DNA of 63,699 bases, counting the filler, from Basidiobolus ranarum (Eukaryota): the NCBI GenBank assembly GCA_040143965.1. It is 12 parts of 12 records of this genome, joined end to end, with 100 filler letters (N's around TTAATTAATTAA, not from the genome) between each part and the next. Parts side by side here need not be neighbours in the genome. Positions count along the whole stretch, not along the records: positions 10,665 to 15,889 come from JASJQH010001661.1; positions 15,990 to 21,209 come from JASJQH010001662.1; positions 21,310 to 26,527 come from JASJQH010001663.1; 9 more parts are not named here. The stretch is one strand, 5' to 3'. The translations under genes were made by a program, and so were the position numbers. Under the pieces are notes generated by a model. It was not told the origin of the DNA, did no database searches, and saw nothing but the letters and a program-made list of their open reading frames with translations. Positions 12,729-25,514 of this stretch are shown here, piece after piece (position 1 is the stretch's first letter; the number at the start of each line of letters is the position of its first letter).

Positions 12729-14657
12729 ATGATTCCACCCTCCTCCTTATCAAAAGGCTCCGTTAAATCCGGCAGTCTGACCCTGCCAAATGCTTCTGCA
12801 AATGACTTGGTGGTTCCTTCGGTTTCAGTTGAAGAGGCACCTCCCAAGTCCATCAAACTGACGAAACTTGGCATGGTAGATATTTTTGATAATTGCTCCA
12901 CCATAGACTTGAACTTACGGTAATAACCTAGGGATTCGCAGTGTTCTATGAGGACCGTAGTCAGATTGTGAAGCTCACTCGGTATTCTCAGGATTTCATT
13001 GATCTTGATCAAAAGGTGGATTTGAAGTCCTAGCAACCAATCATCTTCGCAATACTAAATGGTATTTATTCTTCTATAGATCAAGCAGAATTTCCCTAAG
13101 AATAGACCACCACTGCCTCCCTTAGATGAGCGAAAGAATATCATTTCTCGACAGTATATCATTAAAAAATCTAATGTTGGCAGGGTTGACGAATATCTGA
13201 ATAAAGTTGTGAACGACCCAAGGTTGAGGGCTTCGGTAATCTTCAAGGATTTCGTCACCTTACATCATGACGGAGATAGCAAGCACAAAAAAGAGTTAAG
13301 CGCACCTTCAGAGAGCTCTTCTGAGGAGAATCTACCCAAGACACCAACATCTAGCATTGGAAACAAGACCACATTGGAGGATTTCCATCTGATTAAGGTG
13401 ATTGGGAAAGGATGTATGGGCAAGGTTGGTTTTACAAGCAATTAGATGGTTCGCATGAACCTTGTTGAGTAACTGTATCTTCTTTGAAAGGTTCTGCTAG
13501 TCAAAGAGTACGGAAGTGGGAAGTTGATGGCTCTTAAAGCGATATCGAAGGAATGGGTAATTCTTCATCGAGAGATCGAGCATACGAATTCGGAGCGTAA
13601 CATCCTCGCCACTGTAACCTCAGTGCAGCACCCATTCTTAATTCGTCTTCATCATTCTTTCCAAACTAAATCACAACTTTTTTTGGTACTTGATTATTAC
13701 CCCGGCGGTGATATCGCCACCCAATTAGCCAAATGGCATTCCTTCTCCCTGGAAAGATGCCAGTTCTATGCTGCAGAAATTGTGCTTGGAATCCAAGAGC
13801 TGCATCGTCTTGGTATAGTCTATAGGTAGGTTTTCTCTTCTGCTATTATGTGTTACCTGTCTGACTTAGAATGATATACAATTGCAGGGATTTGAAGCCG
13901 GAGAATATTTTGATAGGCAACGATGGTCACATTGTTCTCACAGATTTTGGACTTTCGAAGCAAATCTCCGACAGTAGCTACCATTTCAATTCTCCAACCA
14001 CCAACACCTTTTGTGGCACCGCCGAATACTTGGCTCCAGAGGTGCTAAGGGCCGAAGACTATGGATTCCCGGTGGATTGGTGGAGCTTGGGAACCCTGCT
14101 TTATGAGATGCTTACTGGCATTGTACGTTTTTATGCATTGGTTGATAACATAAACACCCGCTTACCCTTTGATTATTAGACACCGTTCTGGGCGGAAAAC
14201 CATGCACATATGTACCATCGTGTTCTTCAAGATGATCTGGAATTTCCTGACGACCTAGACTTGGACGAAGACACAATGAGCTTTGTTGCTGGTGTAAGTA
14301 CTCAATTTATACTGAACATTATCTGTCCTGTCGATTAAAGGTATTTTCTAGCTGTTGCAACGGGATCCAGTAAACAGATTAGGCAGTGGAGCAAACGGAG
14401 CAGAAGATGTCAAGTCACATCCTTACTTTAAGGATGTTGACTGGGACTTGCTATACAGTAAACAGATCCCAAGCCCCTATGTGCCGCCACTAAATGACGA
14501 ACAGGATCTGTCTAACTTTGATGAAACATTCCTTGAGATGACACCTCGTCTTTCCCCACCCAAACACCACCTAAGCTCCAGTGTGCAAGACTGCTTCTCC
14601 GGATATTCATTTACAGCCAAACATCCATTAACGGTGAAAGATAAATTCCAATTTTAG
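12729..14657 (+). CDS. AGC-family Ser/Thr kinase (SGK/Ypk/Akt-like) with an N-terminal PX-like region. Exons approx. 12729-12919, 12961-13015, 13080-13424, 13491-13825, 13888-14122, 14180-14293, 14352-14657
   Basis: [35 protein letters not shown] and DWWSLG motifs, plus the AGC tail NFD..F and hydrophobic motif FSGYSF. The N-terminal [39 protein letters not shown] resembles a PX domain. The first intron is short (41 nt) and less certain. Confidence 0.92.
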
Positions 14658-15176
14658 ATGAACCCCTTTCTTCATAGGTTTTTGATGTATTTCCACCTCT
14701 TAACTCTCATGTATTTGTTCTCGGTCTGTAACATTCCCATCTTTTTATCATTCCATCTTTTACCCGTTAACTCTACTTAATTCGATTTTGATTATTTGGT
14801 TAACCTGGTGGACACGCCACAATCTGATTATATATGGCCAATGTTTCCCATTTATCTCTTCATTTCCTAAGTGGTTGTTTGCCCTTTTCTCCTCTATCCC
14901 TGGCTTTGTAAATCATCGTTTATAAACTGTTCAAATTGTCAATAATCTACGACTGTTAGTAGCCATAACGCACTGTTCAGATGAAATAATACTTGATAAT
15001 TATTATTCTAGACTAAATCAAAATTCTATCCCAGACATTTTCAAATACTATGTATTTATCTCTCGTTCGGCCAAATTCAATAATTTTTACAATGTTAAGA
15101 TTTTATTAATAACCCACATTCATTAGTTACAGCTTGGCATTTTTAAAATATTCGCCTAAAAATCTCCATTCAAGTG

Positions 15177-15889
15177 TTAATACTCTTCATAACCCATGGA
15201 ACGGCGCTTGTTCATGAAGTTACGTCCCTTACGATATTGGTTATTGTGACGACCATATTCCATATCTTGATCCTCGTCGTATTGCATATTTCCACGACCA
15301 TAGTTCATGCCCTCTTCACTACGACGGCCACTCTCATATCCTTGGCCCATGTTACCACGACCATATCTTTGACCCATCTGGCCGCGTCCATATTCCATAC
15401 CTTCATCATAACGACGACCATATCTTTGACTCATACGGCCACGACCATACTCTTCGCCACGACGTTCACGGCCATATCCTTGGCCCATACGGCCACGTTC
15501 ATACTCCATACCTTCATCATAGTGACGACCATATCCTTGACCCATACGGCCACGACCATACTCCATACCTTCATCATAGCGGCGACCATATCCTTGACCC
15601 ATACGGCCACGACCATATTCCATATCCTCATCATAACGACGGCCATATCTCTGACCCATACGGCCACGACCATACTCCATATCTTCGTCCTCCTCGCTAT
15701 GATGACCATGTCTGTGACCCATATGGCCGCGACCATATTCCATATCTTCGTCATAGCGACGGCCGTACCTTTGTCCCATACGACCGCGACCATACTCCAT
15801 ATCTTCGTCCTCCACACTACGAAGGCAAAGGCCAGTAGTTGGACCCATTCGAACGAGACCATAATCAATATCTGCGACGACACGAATGA
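15177..15889 (-). CDS. Tyr/Gly/Arg/Met-rich tandem-repeat protein, about 10 units of 19 aa (MEYGRGRMGQxYGRRYDEx); 5'-truncated or starting at 15848
   Basis: The frame is open from the contig edge to TAA at 15177. The 57-nt repeat units vary only by whole codons. Confidence 0.75.
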
Positions 15890-16670
15890 NNNNNNNNNNN
15901 NNNNNNNNNNNNNNNNNNNNNNNNNNNNNNNNNTTAATTAATTAANNNNNNNNNNNNNNNNNNNNNNNNNNNNNNNNNNNNNNNNNNNNCATAACTCACC
16001 TAATGTAAATCGAGGTGGGGGGGGGGGTGTTGCACAAAACATGGGCTTAGGTAAGCATGCGATCCCCAAATCTATACCAGAGAAGCAGGGGTCAGAAGGA
16101 CCAATTGTTACATCAATGTCCAAATTTAGAGAAGTCACTCTGGTCCAATTACTTCCCTCATTACTGGAGAGTGTGGTATTTGTATATATTAAATGAATCA
16201 ACGTCATGACAGGAAAAAAAAATACACCATTCAAATTCCTAAGGAACAATGAATGAAAAAATCCTTTGGTGGAGCCGTATTTAGTGGTTGTGATATGGTA
16301 TCCAATAATTATTATCGGCGATGACTTGCTGATACAGATGAAAACTCATTATCATTATTGGAGAAGTGATGATACCACTTTGGACAACTGAATGTAACCA
16401 AATTTATAAACGGTGCTCCAATCATCGCACGTAGCAATATCTCCAGTGCTTGCAATAAAGGTCTAGTTCAACTTAATGATAATTGGTTCCTAAAAGTGAG
16501 CTAAGAAAGTATTTTATAACCCTAAAAAAGATTTCATCTCTTTCCAGCTCGACTCTCCAACACTGAGGACAAATGAGGCTCTTAAGGCTGGAAATCGAAA
16601 GGTGATCATAAGAGCCTTAAATTACACTCAGTATATATTAACAAGCAACGCCATAATTTTAAGTATGTAT

Positions 16671-16959
16671 TGTTGAAGTATTTTGGGAGTTGTTGGAAGA
16701 GATTTGGAGAACTAGAAGAATTGGTACTTTTCACTTGCTGATTTATTGAGTGCAGGTTGACATTTATACTTCTTCAAGAAGTAGATAAACTTTTGGACAA
16801 GTTTTAGAAAATCATATAATCTTCAAACTTCCAAGTTGGTCCCAATATTGAGCGTCAATTCCTCGTGAAGATATTGAATAATAACATATTGAAAATGTCA
16901 TAGTGAAATTTAGGTAGCTAGCTATATGACTATATAAATGCTTAAACTATGTTACAACA
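16671..16959 (-). mobile_element. Diverged, internally deleted solo LTR, family A
   Basis: Runs from TGTTGAAGTATTTTGGGAG to GACTATATAAATG..ACAACA; collinear with 37546-37887; no clean TSD. Confidence 0.75.
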
Positions 16960-19900
16960 TATTGCTAGTACGCACTTGTAGTTTTGCTTTTGATTAGTTG
17001 CTTAAGCTGGTATTTTATCATTCAGGGATTGCTACATTGTATCTAATGTAATTCACAGGAGTTGCAGACGATATATGTGGAAAGTTCTCTTTCTTAGTTA
17101 TACCACGCAGAAATGGGCTCAACTTACTGCCTCCCTACATTGAGTTCATTAGCCAAAACTATATCTGCTTTTTTGGATGTGAGCATTGATTTTATTTTGA
17201 TTGAAATGTACACAGGTATTCTCAGCTACCTTAATGCATTTAGATTGATATTAGTTTTGGTTGAAAAATTACCAATGTTGGGATATTGAATTTAGATCAA
17301 CAGGAGTGGTATAAAAAATACACAGAATCAAGTTGGCAAACTGCTTATTTTTCATTCCAAAGACAATTTAACAAGAAATTCTACTTCGATATATGGCTAT
17401 AATGTAAATAAACACATTTCGGTTGAATTGAACAGACAACCAAGTAAAATATTATTTTACTCTTGACTTAGCCTTTCGATCAGTGGCGACATATATTAGA
17501 ATCTATCTAGAAGTATTTAGAGGTAGTATATTACGGAAAACTAATATATTAATTTCCTGAACCTGGGCAATGGTTTACAACTTATTCAATAGTTTCAATC
17601 TTGCAATAACAACTACATCCAAGTTTCATGAACCACAAGTAACCATACGCTCTACATAATAATGTTCAGAATGCTTCAAACGCAATAGCCTCAACGATAT
17701 TAGTTGGATCGAATTTAACGAAGCTCAATTAGAATGTTCATCGGATACTTTGAAGTTAACTGTTTGAAGGAAAAACAGACAGCCGGGGGTTATGAAGCTC
17801 TTCGTTTGGTTCATGGTGCTTTTTATTGTAGTGCTTATGTCGGCTGGTCAAATCTCACGATGAAGGTGACATCGATATGAATAAACCTGCAACGATACCG
17901 ATTTGAGAGGAATAAATATTATTGAGAACCAATTTAGTGAAACACTTAATTTCTGAGGAAAACCGAGCTGATATGAATTCATGTCTTGGGCAATTTTCAT
18001 TAACCTCAAATGATGTTTGACCATCCTAAGCTCATGCCTATTGGCTATACCATCGAGATCCCAGAAATTGATCACTCTTGCCGCTCTAATCCAGCTGGAT
18101 CCTAGCCAATGGCTACCCCTCTCCAGATGGCTACACATGATTGGAAACCAACGGATTTGACACATCGAACAGGACGCTATCGACGATAAATATTCATTGA
18201 AGCCAAGTCCCCTCGTCAGGTGATCTATTCACTCTAATCGCATTCAACCCAAGTCCTTGGGGTTTCAGAAAATACCTATTCTTACTTGATTAAAAAGGAA
18301 TTGAACAACGATGCAATGAGCTGCGCTTGAGTCCCCTACAACTAGAGTCATATGCTGAATCATTTTCCCACTCGATAGTAACTGAATACAAGTGGCTGTT
18401 ATCAAAAGCCTATCCTTCAGCTGGCAAAACCAGTTGGGCGGATGGGCTGATTGACGTTTCTAACGATGCTGGCGGAGATGGTCGCACAAGCGGCACCCCT
18501 TCTTCTGTCTTCCACTTAGATGGCCCGTTTCATTTTAAATCCTAAATCCTCATTTGATTTGAATGTTCTGACCAAACAATTCTGGATGAAGCGTTCTGAC
18601 GCATGTCAATCCATCATGCCTAAACTAGAGTCTCATCGATCCTACCTAAACCAATCTATCTTTGTGTTTCCGCTCAAGACACCCAGTCCGGCTAATACTT
18701 TTATCAAAGTATCGAAACACAACCAATACACCCATCTCAGCAAGCTACTCACGAGAGCCAGCGGGATCGGGAACCTGGCACTTGTGGTAGCCACTAGGCG
18801 CTAAGTGGTGAGCTATCTTAGGGTTTCATCAAGCTCAAGCCATTTGAGTTCCCAACTTTATGGTGGTTGAATCGTCGCTGATGACTATGCTAAGCGCTTT
18901 ATTGGCAGAGGGCTACTGTCAAGGGATGAAACGCCCTCGGAATCATGTCGACCCCTTATTTCCTACCGCGCCAAACCGAACTGGGCATCGCATATATCTA
19001 AATAGTACCAGTATGGATATGCCAGCTTGGAATGATCTGCGGAGATTAATTGCGATCTGGTAGACATACTTGTCTAATGGCACCAGAAAGCTGCTGAGCA
19101 AGGAATATCACCTACTTTCTAGGGTTATTTTCCAAACCGGTTATGCTAACTTCTAAATACGCTGAGAAGCACATGAAAATAGCAAGTGGCTGCCAAGTGC
19201 ACTGGCACATATTTCCATGGGATATATACTCTATTCTGCAATCAAGGCTCATGCCAGCAGCTGAGCTCGTGTTCGAATCCAAGTCAATATATTCAAACCT
19301 CCTTTTCTTGTTTGTTTCGTTGGTTTACAACTAGAGTTTCAGGACCAGATAATCTCTACCTGATTCAACTCACCAAGGAGGCGATATGTGTTAGCCAGTT
19401 TACACAGCATCTTTGCCAGTATTTCCTATTTCTTTGTAACTCGTCTCCTTTGTGAAGCAATTCGATAGTCTTTATTTGGAATATCGCTTTCGGAGCAATG
19501 CTGCTCAATTGGCTCAAACTAGACGTTCTCATTACACAACCATCTTTGATCTGTTGCCTTTGTTTTAGTCAAGAATAGATTATATGTTGAAGTAGACTGT
19601 TGTATGCTAGCAGTGTCCCACACAAGTTTTACGAGGTGCTGAACAATAAACTTCACCCCATTCTGCTTGGTGATACAGTAAGATCAAAATAGATGGACTT
19701 TGTGGTTCCCTACAATTGATTGCACAGATGAATCGGTTTACCCTTGGTGCTTACAAATCCGGTAGAATTCAGATATGAGCGCTTAACTTATGTTTATTTG
19801 GGTTATCAGTTTAATGGTTGCTTAGACTCCAACCAACCAGCCATGAGCCTACTCATAGAGTGGCAGTCCAAGACTAGTCACATGAGTCAAGTCCGTTCCT

Positions 19901-22900
19901 GCTGACAAGTGGCTCGCAGCCTTTGCCACGCAGTGACAGTGAATCAACTCAGCTTACGGTCTTGGATCACTAAATTACAAACATCTGCATGCTCAACTTG
20001 CGGCCCTCTTGAACCCAACGGTTTCTGGGACTTGAATTAGCATGACAGTTTTGAAAGGGGTATTGGTTATGAAGGGGATCGAGACTTGTATTGTTTAGTC
20101 ACTTAGTACCCATCTGTCTTGGAGATTAGTAATTGATGAAATAAGACATTCTATCAGGCATTTCTGCAGTACACAAACTCCTATTCCATAGAATAACAAC
20201 GCAGAAATCCTTTCAGCTCTGCTCAATTAGATTTAGCGAGAGGACCTCTGAAATTGTGTGCATCGATCTTGGCAAATGGAATGGTCACGTTTTAGCTAGC
20301 ACGTTGACATCATTTGGGACAGCGATTCACTGTATTGTCTGAATCATTCATATCCGCTCTACAAGCCTGATATTGGCTTTGGACGGGACGATGAGGGAAG
20401 AGTCATTTCACCCACGGACGAATCATACAGATTGTCCGTTGTATTGTCAGTACAAATAGTTTGGCTGAAGGGTATGGGTTTTTGTGCAAGCCTCGGTGCA
20501 TATTACTGGGCAAAGTAGCTCCCATATTATACTGCTTTTTTCGTACTGTATCATGATTAGGTTTTCCCTTCCTGCCTGTTGTATGTGGCCTTAAATTAGG
20601 ATCAATATGACATATCCTACCAAAAACGATGCATCCCTATTGCGCAGTTGAAATCACTGTTGAACTTTCCAGAGTCAGCCTGTGACTATGCTGAAATTTA
20701 GTAACGTGAAGTCCTTTCTTGATTGGTGATTCCTGCTTGTAAATTTAGAGACTTGTGCATCAGTTCTGTATGGATTTGTTACAAAATCTATTACAGATCC
20801 CAAATGATTGCCCCTGTTCCAAAACCTGACTATAATCAAATATGATCTTGTTGTTAGTCTAGAAACGCAGGTATCAGATTGGTAGTGGGTGAGCTGCTCT
20901 AATTCTATCCTTAATAATCCCGATCAGGGTAGAGCTCTCATTACTGACAATATAAAAGCAATCATCCCACCTCACTCAACCTTGATTAACACTAGTCTGG
21001 AATTCGGAAGTTAGATTGCTTCCACAGCTTTGATCATATCAGGAAATACGTCTATTCATTGAGACAAAACCTCACATTATTTGCCCTATATCTTACCTTC
21101 ACTGCAACCGCAGGTCAATCAAATCAAGCCAAACATGTCGGATGCCAATGGCCCAAGAGATAGAATCATCGCTACTTTGATGAACTCCTCAATCACTGAT
21201 GAAATGATCNNNNNNNNNNNNNNNNNNNNNNNNNNNNNNNNNNNNNNNNNNNNTTAATTAATTAANNNNNNNNNNNNNNNNNNNNNNNNNNNNNNNNNNN
21301 NNNNNNNNNCGATTTGAAATGGAGCATCCATTAAGCCTATTTGAACGCAGCTCACGTTGGGGTTGAAACAGTGCGAACAATCTTCTGCGGGAGTGCGACT
21401 CATGTACGGAACAACCAAGTAGGCGCCATGGACAATGCTAGCGACAAATGGCTAATTGAAGGCTGAAGGAGCCCATATCGCTAATGGCCAATGATATCCA
21501 TATTCAGAGTGTGACTTAATCAATTAGGCTTAGCCTTATTAACCAGATATCGCAACGGGAGTCGTCCATATAAATCCATCACAGAGTCGATTATACTCAG
21601 CATGCAATTACAACGATCCTGAAATGGCGACTTTTGAGACAATTTCTCATAGACACTATAAGCCATCCACGGAGTGAGAGCGGGCTTGAGGGTTCTGTGA
21701 GAGCAGTGAGGGATACAGTGGAGACACCTTTAACGACGAGGCGCGCCGTCGTTTATCGCACTATACTCACGGTGTTTGATTAGATTTCATTTGATCAGGA
21801 TGATCCCATCCATTTCGGATAGCATCTGACGCAAAGTCTTAGTTTAGGATAAGAAGCAGAGCTTGCTTCGAGAATCAAATCGTTCTCATTAAGTGCCATT
21901 TTAGAACATAGATGTTGGTTTGTTTGGTACAGAAGTCCCATGAAGTAGAATTGGTTTTGGATATCTTGAATGGGCAGCGGAATTCTATTTCCCGTTTGAT
22001 TTATGAGAACCGACCTAACTTTGGACCGAAATAATGAGTGGGATGATGTTTATGGCCTACCTAGGGAGACGGCCTGCGCCATTCCGGAGAGTGTAGTCTC
22101 CACTCGTCGAATCTTGGCAACCTAACCATCGATTTGGAACCACATTAAAACATACAAGAAACCATCATGAAAATGATCCTATTTGGCCGCTGATTCGCCA
22201 GCATCCACCTCTGAGCGATTGACATATCATTAAATTCCATATGGATGCAAATCTTGATTATCGCCTAAATTCTCTGATCAGAGCTGTATAATGCCGTAAG
22301 TGTTCGAGTGTGTACTGTACCAACCGATTTGAAACTTCCGAGGACACACTTCATTGGATCTCGAACTAGTATTGTTTTGAGCGATTCCAGTTGCTCACAG
22401 ACTACGCTCTTCTTTTGGGAATGTGGATGTTTTTCGGAAATATTCGATAATAACTAGGCAACGAATAGAGTTGTCGGCAACTAGTATCGTGATTCCTCAT
22501 CATCAGCATACAGTGCAATAAGTAATTACCAAGTACCACTAGGAATGTTCCTAAATCAGCTATTACTTATATTCTTGGCGCTCAAAAAGCAACTATAGTA
22601 TTTCGGCGCCATATACACAACGCCAAGTATATGTAATACATGGATTCCCTATAAATATTAATGATTGATTTTCATGATTGGGCTCGGATCCTACATGAGA
22701 TTATATTCGCAATGATATGGCGAAATCCGACTTACTAGTCATTTCATCATTTATTATAGTTAGTCACATTGATGCTAGACACAAGATTTAGAGCCTTTTA
22801 TTATGCACAGTACTAATTAGGCATTGATTGGACCTCTGAGAACTTGATTCAAAGTGGTTGGTCCTCCGAACGATATTCACGCCGACACCAGCCCTAATGC

Positions 22901-23584
22901 TGCCACTGACTCAATGATTAGTTGCTGTTGAGGATGAAAAGGATGCTGAATTAAGGGCGTTTTCTTGTCTACTGTTATGAGAGAGGTAGATGCAATAGAA
23001 TAAAGTAACACCAGAGTGTTTCTCACAGGCAGAGGCTGAACCGAGTTTTGGCTATTATCTCACCGTATAATAATAGAACGGCGCAATCAGCCTAATTGAG
23101 CTACTGCGATAAAGGAGCCCTTATAGCATTATCCAAATAATACCCTTTGCCCTTTTAAATCTTCATCGTCATTGAAACGACTTGAATGGTTACCAACGTA
23201 CATTTGATATATCCTCGGTTTTGGTGTTAAGGAGTGAATTCAAAACAATATTTGAAGCTAAATATATTACCTTTAAGAAGCTGAGTAATTAGTGGTAGCT
23301 CTTGCAAGGGATATTCTATGGGCTATGGAGGTCTGAATGGACCTCTGAAATAAATAGATGAAGTAGAGTTGTTACAAATACTTATTTTCAAGGAAGGGGA
23401 TAGATATGTAAAGTCTTCAGCTCTGTGTAAAAGGCTTCGAAAGTAGGCATATTTTTCAAACAGCCATCCACTTAGTCTTGCATCTAGTTATCTAGGTTTT
23501 GAATACTCTTTGTTATACTCTTTCACACTGGCTGAGCATGGAACAGGCAAACACAGATACTCAATTGGAATTTACTTATTGAAA

Positions 23585-23924
23585 TATAGAGTTACTAAAT
23601 ACTGAGCTATATATGACTATATAAATGTTTAGGCTATATTAATTTCAACAGGTAAGAATATTCCAAGATATCACCTCAAGAGGAATTTCCTTAGAATATT
23701 GACACCGGCCTAGAAGCTCTCAGATATACAGATTTTTCAAACTTGTCCTAGAAGCCCCAAACTTTGATCACATGTTCCTGGGACCTTTCTTAACACATTC
23801 CACATGTTTATTTGTCTATTGCTTTACAAAACTATAAATGTCAACTTTCAATTCAATAAGTGAAGACTACTAATTCTTCAAGCTCTAAAAATCACTTCCA
23901 ACAAGCCCCCCAAATACTTCAACA
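23585..23924. mobile_element. Two family-A LTR pieces in opposite orientations
   Basis: 23585-23650 is one LTR end (..TTTCAACA). About 23670-23924 is the reverse complement of the other part of the LTR (TAGAAGCCCCAAAC, CCTGGGACC, ..AAATACTTCAACA). Confidence 0.8.
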
Positions 23925-24056
23925 CATTATAATAAGAAATATATAGCAAGGATGCCACTTTTTAAGAGTTTTCATCTCTACTCTTAACTCCCCGAAGCAC
24001 TATTATGTCAAGAAGCTGAGTCTCATCAGTAAACACTAGAGTTGTAAAGAGATATT

Positions 24057-24385
24057 TGCTAAAGTATTTGTGAGCCGGTTGGAAGTGGTTTGGAGAATTA
24101 GAGAAATTGGTGGTTTTCACTTATTGATTTATTGAGTTGAAAGTTGACATTTATAGTTTTGTCCAGATGTAAACAAACAAATGTGTAGAATGTCTTAAGG
24201 AAGGTCGCAGGAACATGTGTGCAAAGTTTGGGGCTTCTAGCACAAGTTATCAAAATCTATATATCTTCAAACTTCTAAGTAAATTCCTTATGAGAATAAT
24301 GGATAATATCTTAGTGAATTATAAGATAACTAAGTACTAAGCTATATATGACTATATAGGTGTTTAGGCAATGCTAATTTCAACA
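24057..24385 (-). mobile_element. Complete solo LTR, family A, with 5-bp TSD ATATT
   Basis: TG...CA termini, with ATATT at 24052-24056 and 24386-24390. Confidence 0.93.
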
Positions 24386-25514
24386 ATATTTACAATAGAA
24401 GCAATGTGTATGGTATCCATAGCACTCTACCTTCTTTAATCATGACCAATAGTTCCTTGGTTAGCTATATTTAATCACATTGCTTAATTCTAATCAACCC
24501 GGTTTTAGTATAGCTTAATAAGAAGTCATCAGTACCATTTATGCATAAAACTGTGTGAAGTTAACCATGTGAAATTAGACGCAACGAGTGCGGTATCAAT
24601 TGATGGGTGTTTGATTGATAAGAAACCCAGTATGTTACATATCATCCATTCAGAGAATCCCATTTCAAATACTCCAAAACCGATGTAGGGGAGTAACTCA
24701 GATTGAGGAGTATATTAGGTGCATAAAGCAAGTTAGGATCGAGTATTCAAACTATTTCATTGAGGTTGTGGAAGTGGAGGAAGCGAAATCTCCGAAGTTC
24801 TAGTTTGTCACGAGCAACTAAGAGCAATAACTATCCAATTACACAAGCCACATCTTCAGTGGTTCGAGTCTGTACCACAGACAAAACTTCACCGACACGT
24901 TACCTTGATTAATCGTTTTAACAAGTCGAGATCAACGATTTATCATGTTAAAGGGGGGAAGGCCCACAGTCATCATACATACTGACCTGTGCTGTAGATG
25001 CCGCCATTTCATTCAGCCCAAGAACTGATAATTCTTTGAGAGGGTCAAGATGTATCCAAGTATACTCTAACTTAGCTTTCAACTATTCAACTCGAACGTT
25101 CATCTCGTCAATGAGGTAAAAGACGCAAGAACGTTGAAAACTGGCGAACAAAGTTATCGATCTTTGATCAATCTCTATGTTCGTGTAACAGAAGTACAAA
25201 GCTGTGAAGTGCGAGTGCTGTATGCAGTACAAATTTCTCACAAATTTTGGAAAACCTCAAATCTCTTGAAATCAACCATATCTACATTGTCTCATTAACA
25301 ATGCGAGGAATCTCTAGTTATACTTTACAATGAATTTAGTTTTATTCCTATCGGTTCATATATGGTTTTGATTTGCTTCAACTAGTAACTATTGGGGGTC
25401 TTTGTAATGCTGGTGACACATAGTTGACCTATTATGTTCAAGACTCCCCTTCTTGCGCCATTTAAATATCGGAGGTTCACCGCGTTACTTTCGTTCATCT
25501 TTCATCAGTCAACC

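Noticed and set aside
15174-15889. Long antisense ORF (255 aa, Thr/His/Ile-rich, membrane-like) and a second-frame ORF over the repeat gene
   Set aside because: They are shadows of a 57-nt repeat that lacks stops in several frames. The plus-strand ORF has a GTG start and runs into the linker.
16560-16620. Possible hammerhead ribozyme (CTGAGGA...GAAA) and 9-bp hairpin AGGCTCTTA/TAAGAGCCT
   Set aside because: Stems I and II of a hammerhead cannot be formed around the core, and an isolated hairpin of this size is expected by chance.
24855-24880. GGTTCGAGTC B-box/T-loop-like motif (similar ones at 19271 and 51010)
   Set aside because: No cloverleaf, A-box or acceptor stem surrounds them, so they are not tRNA genes.
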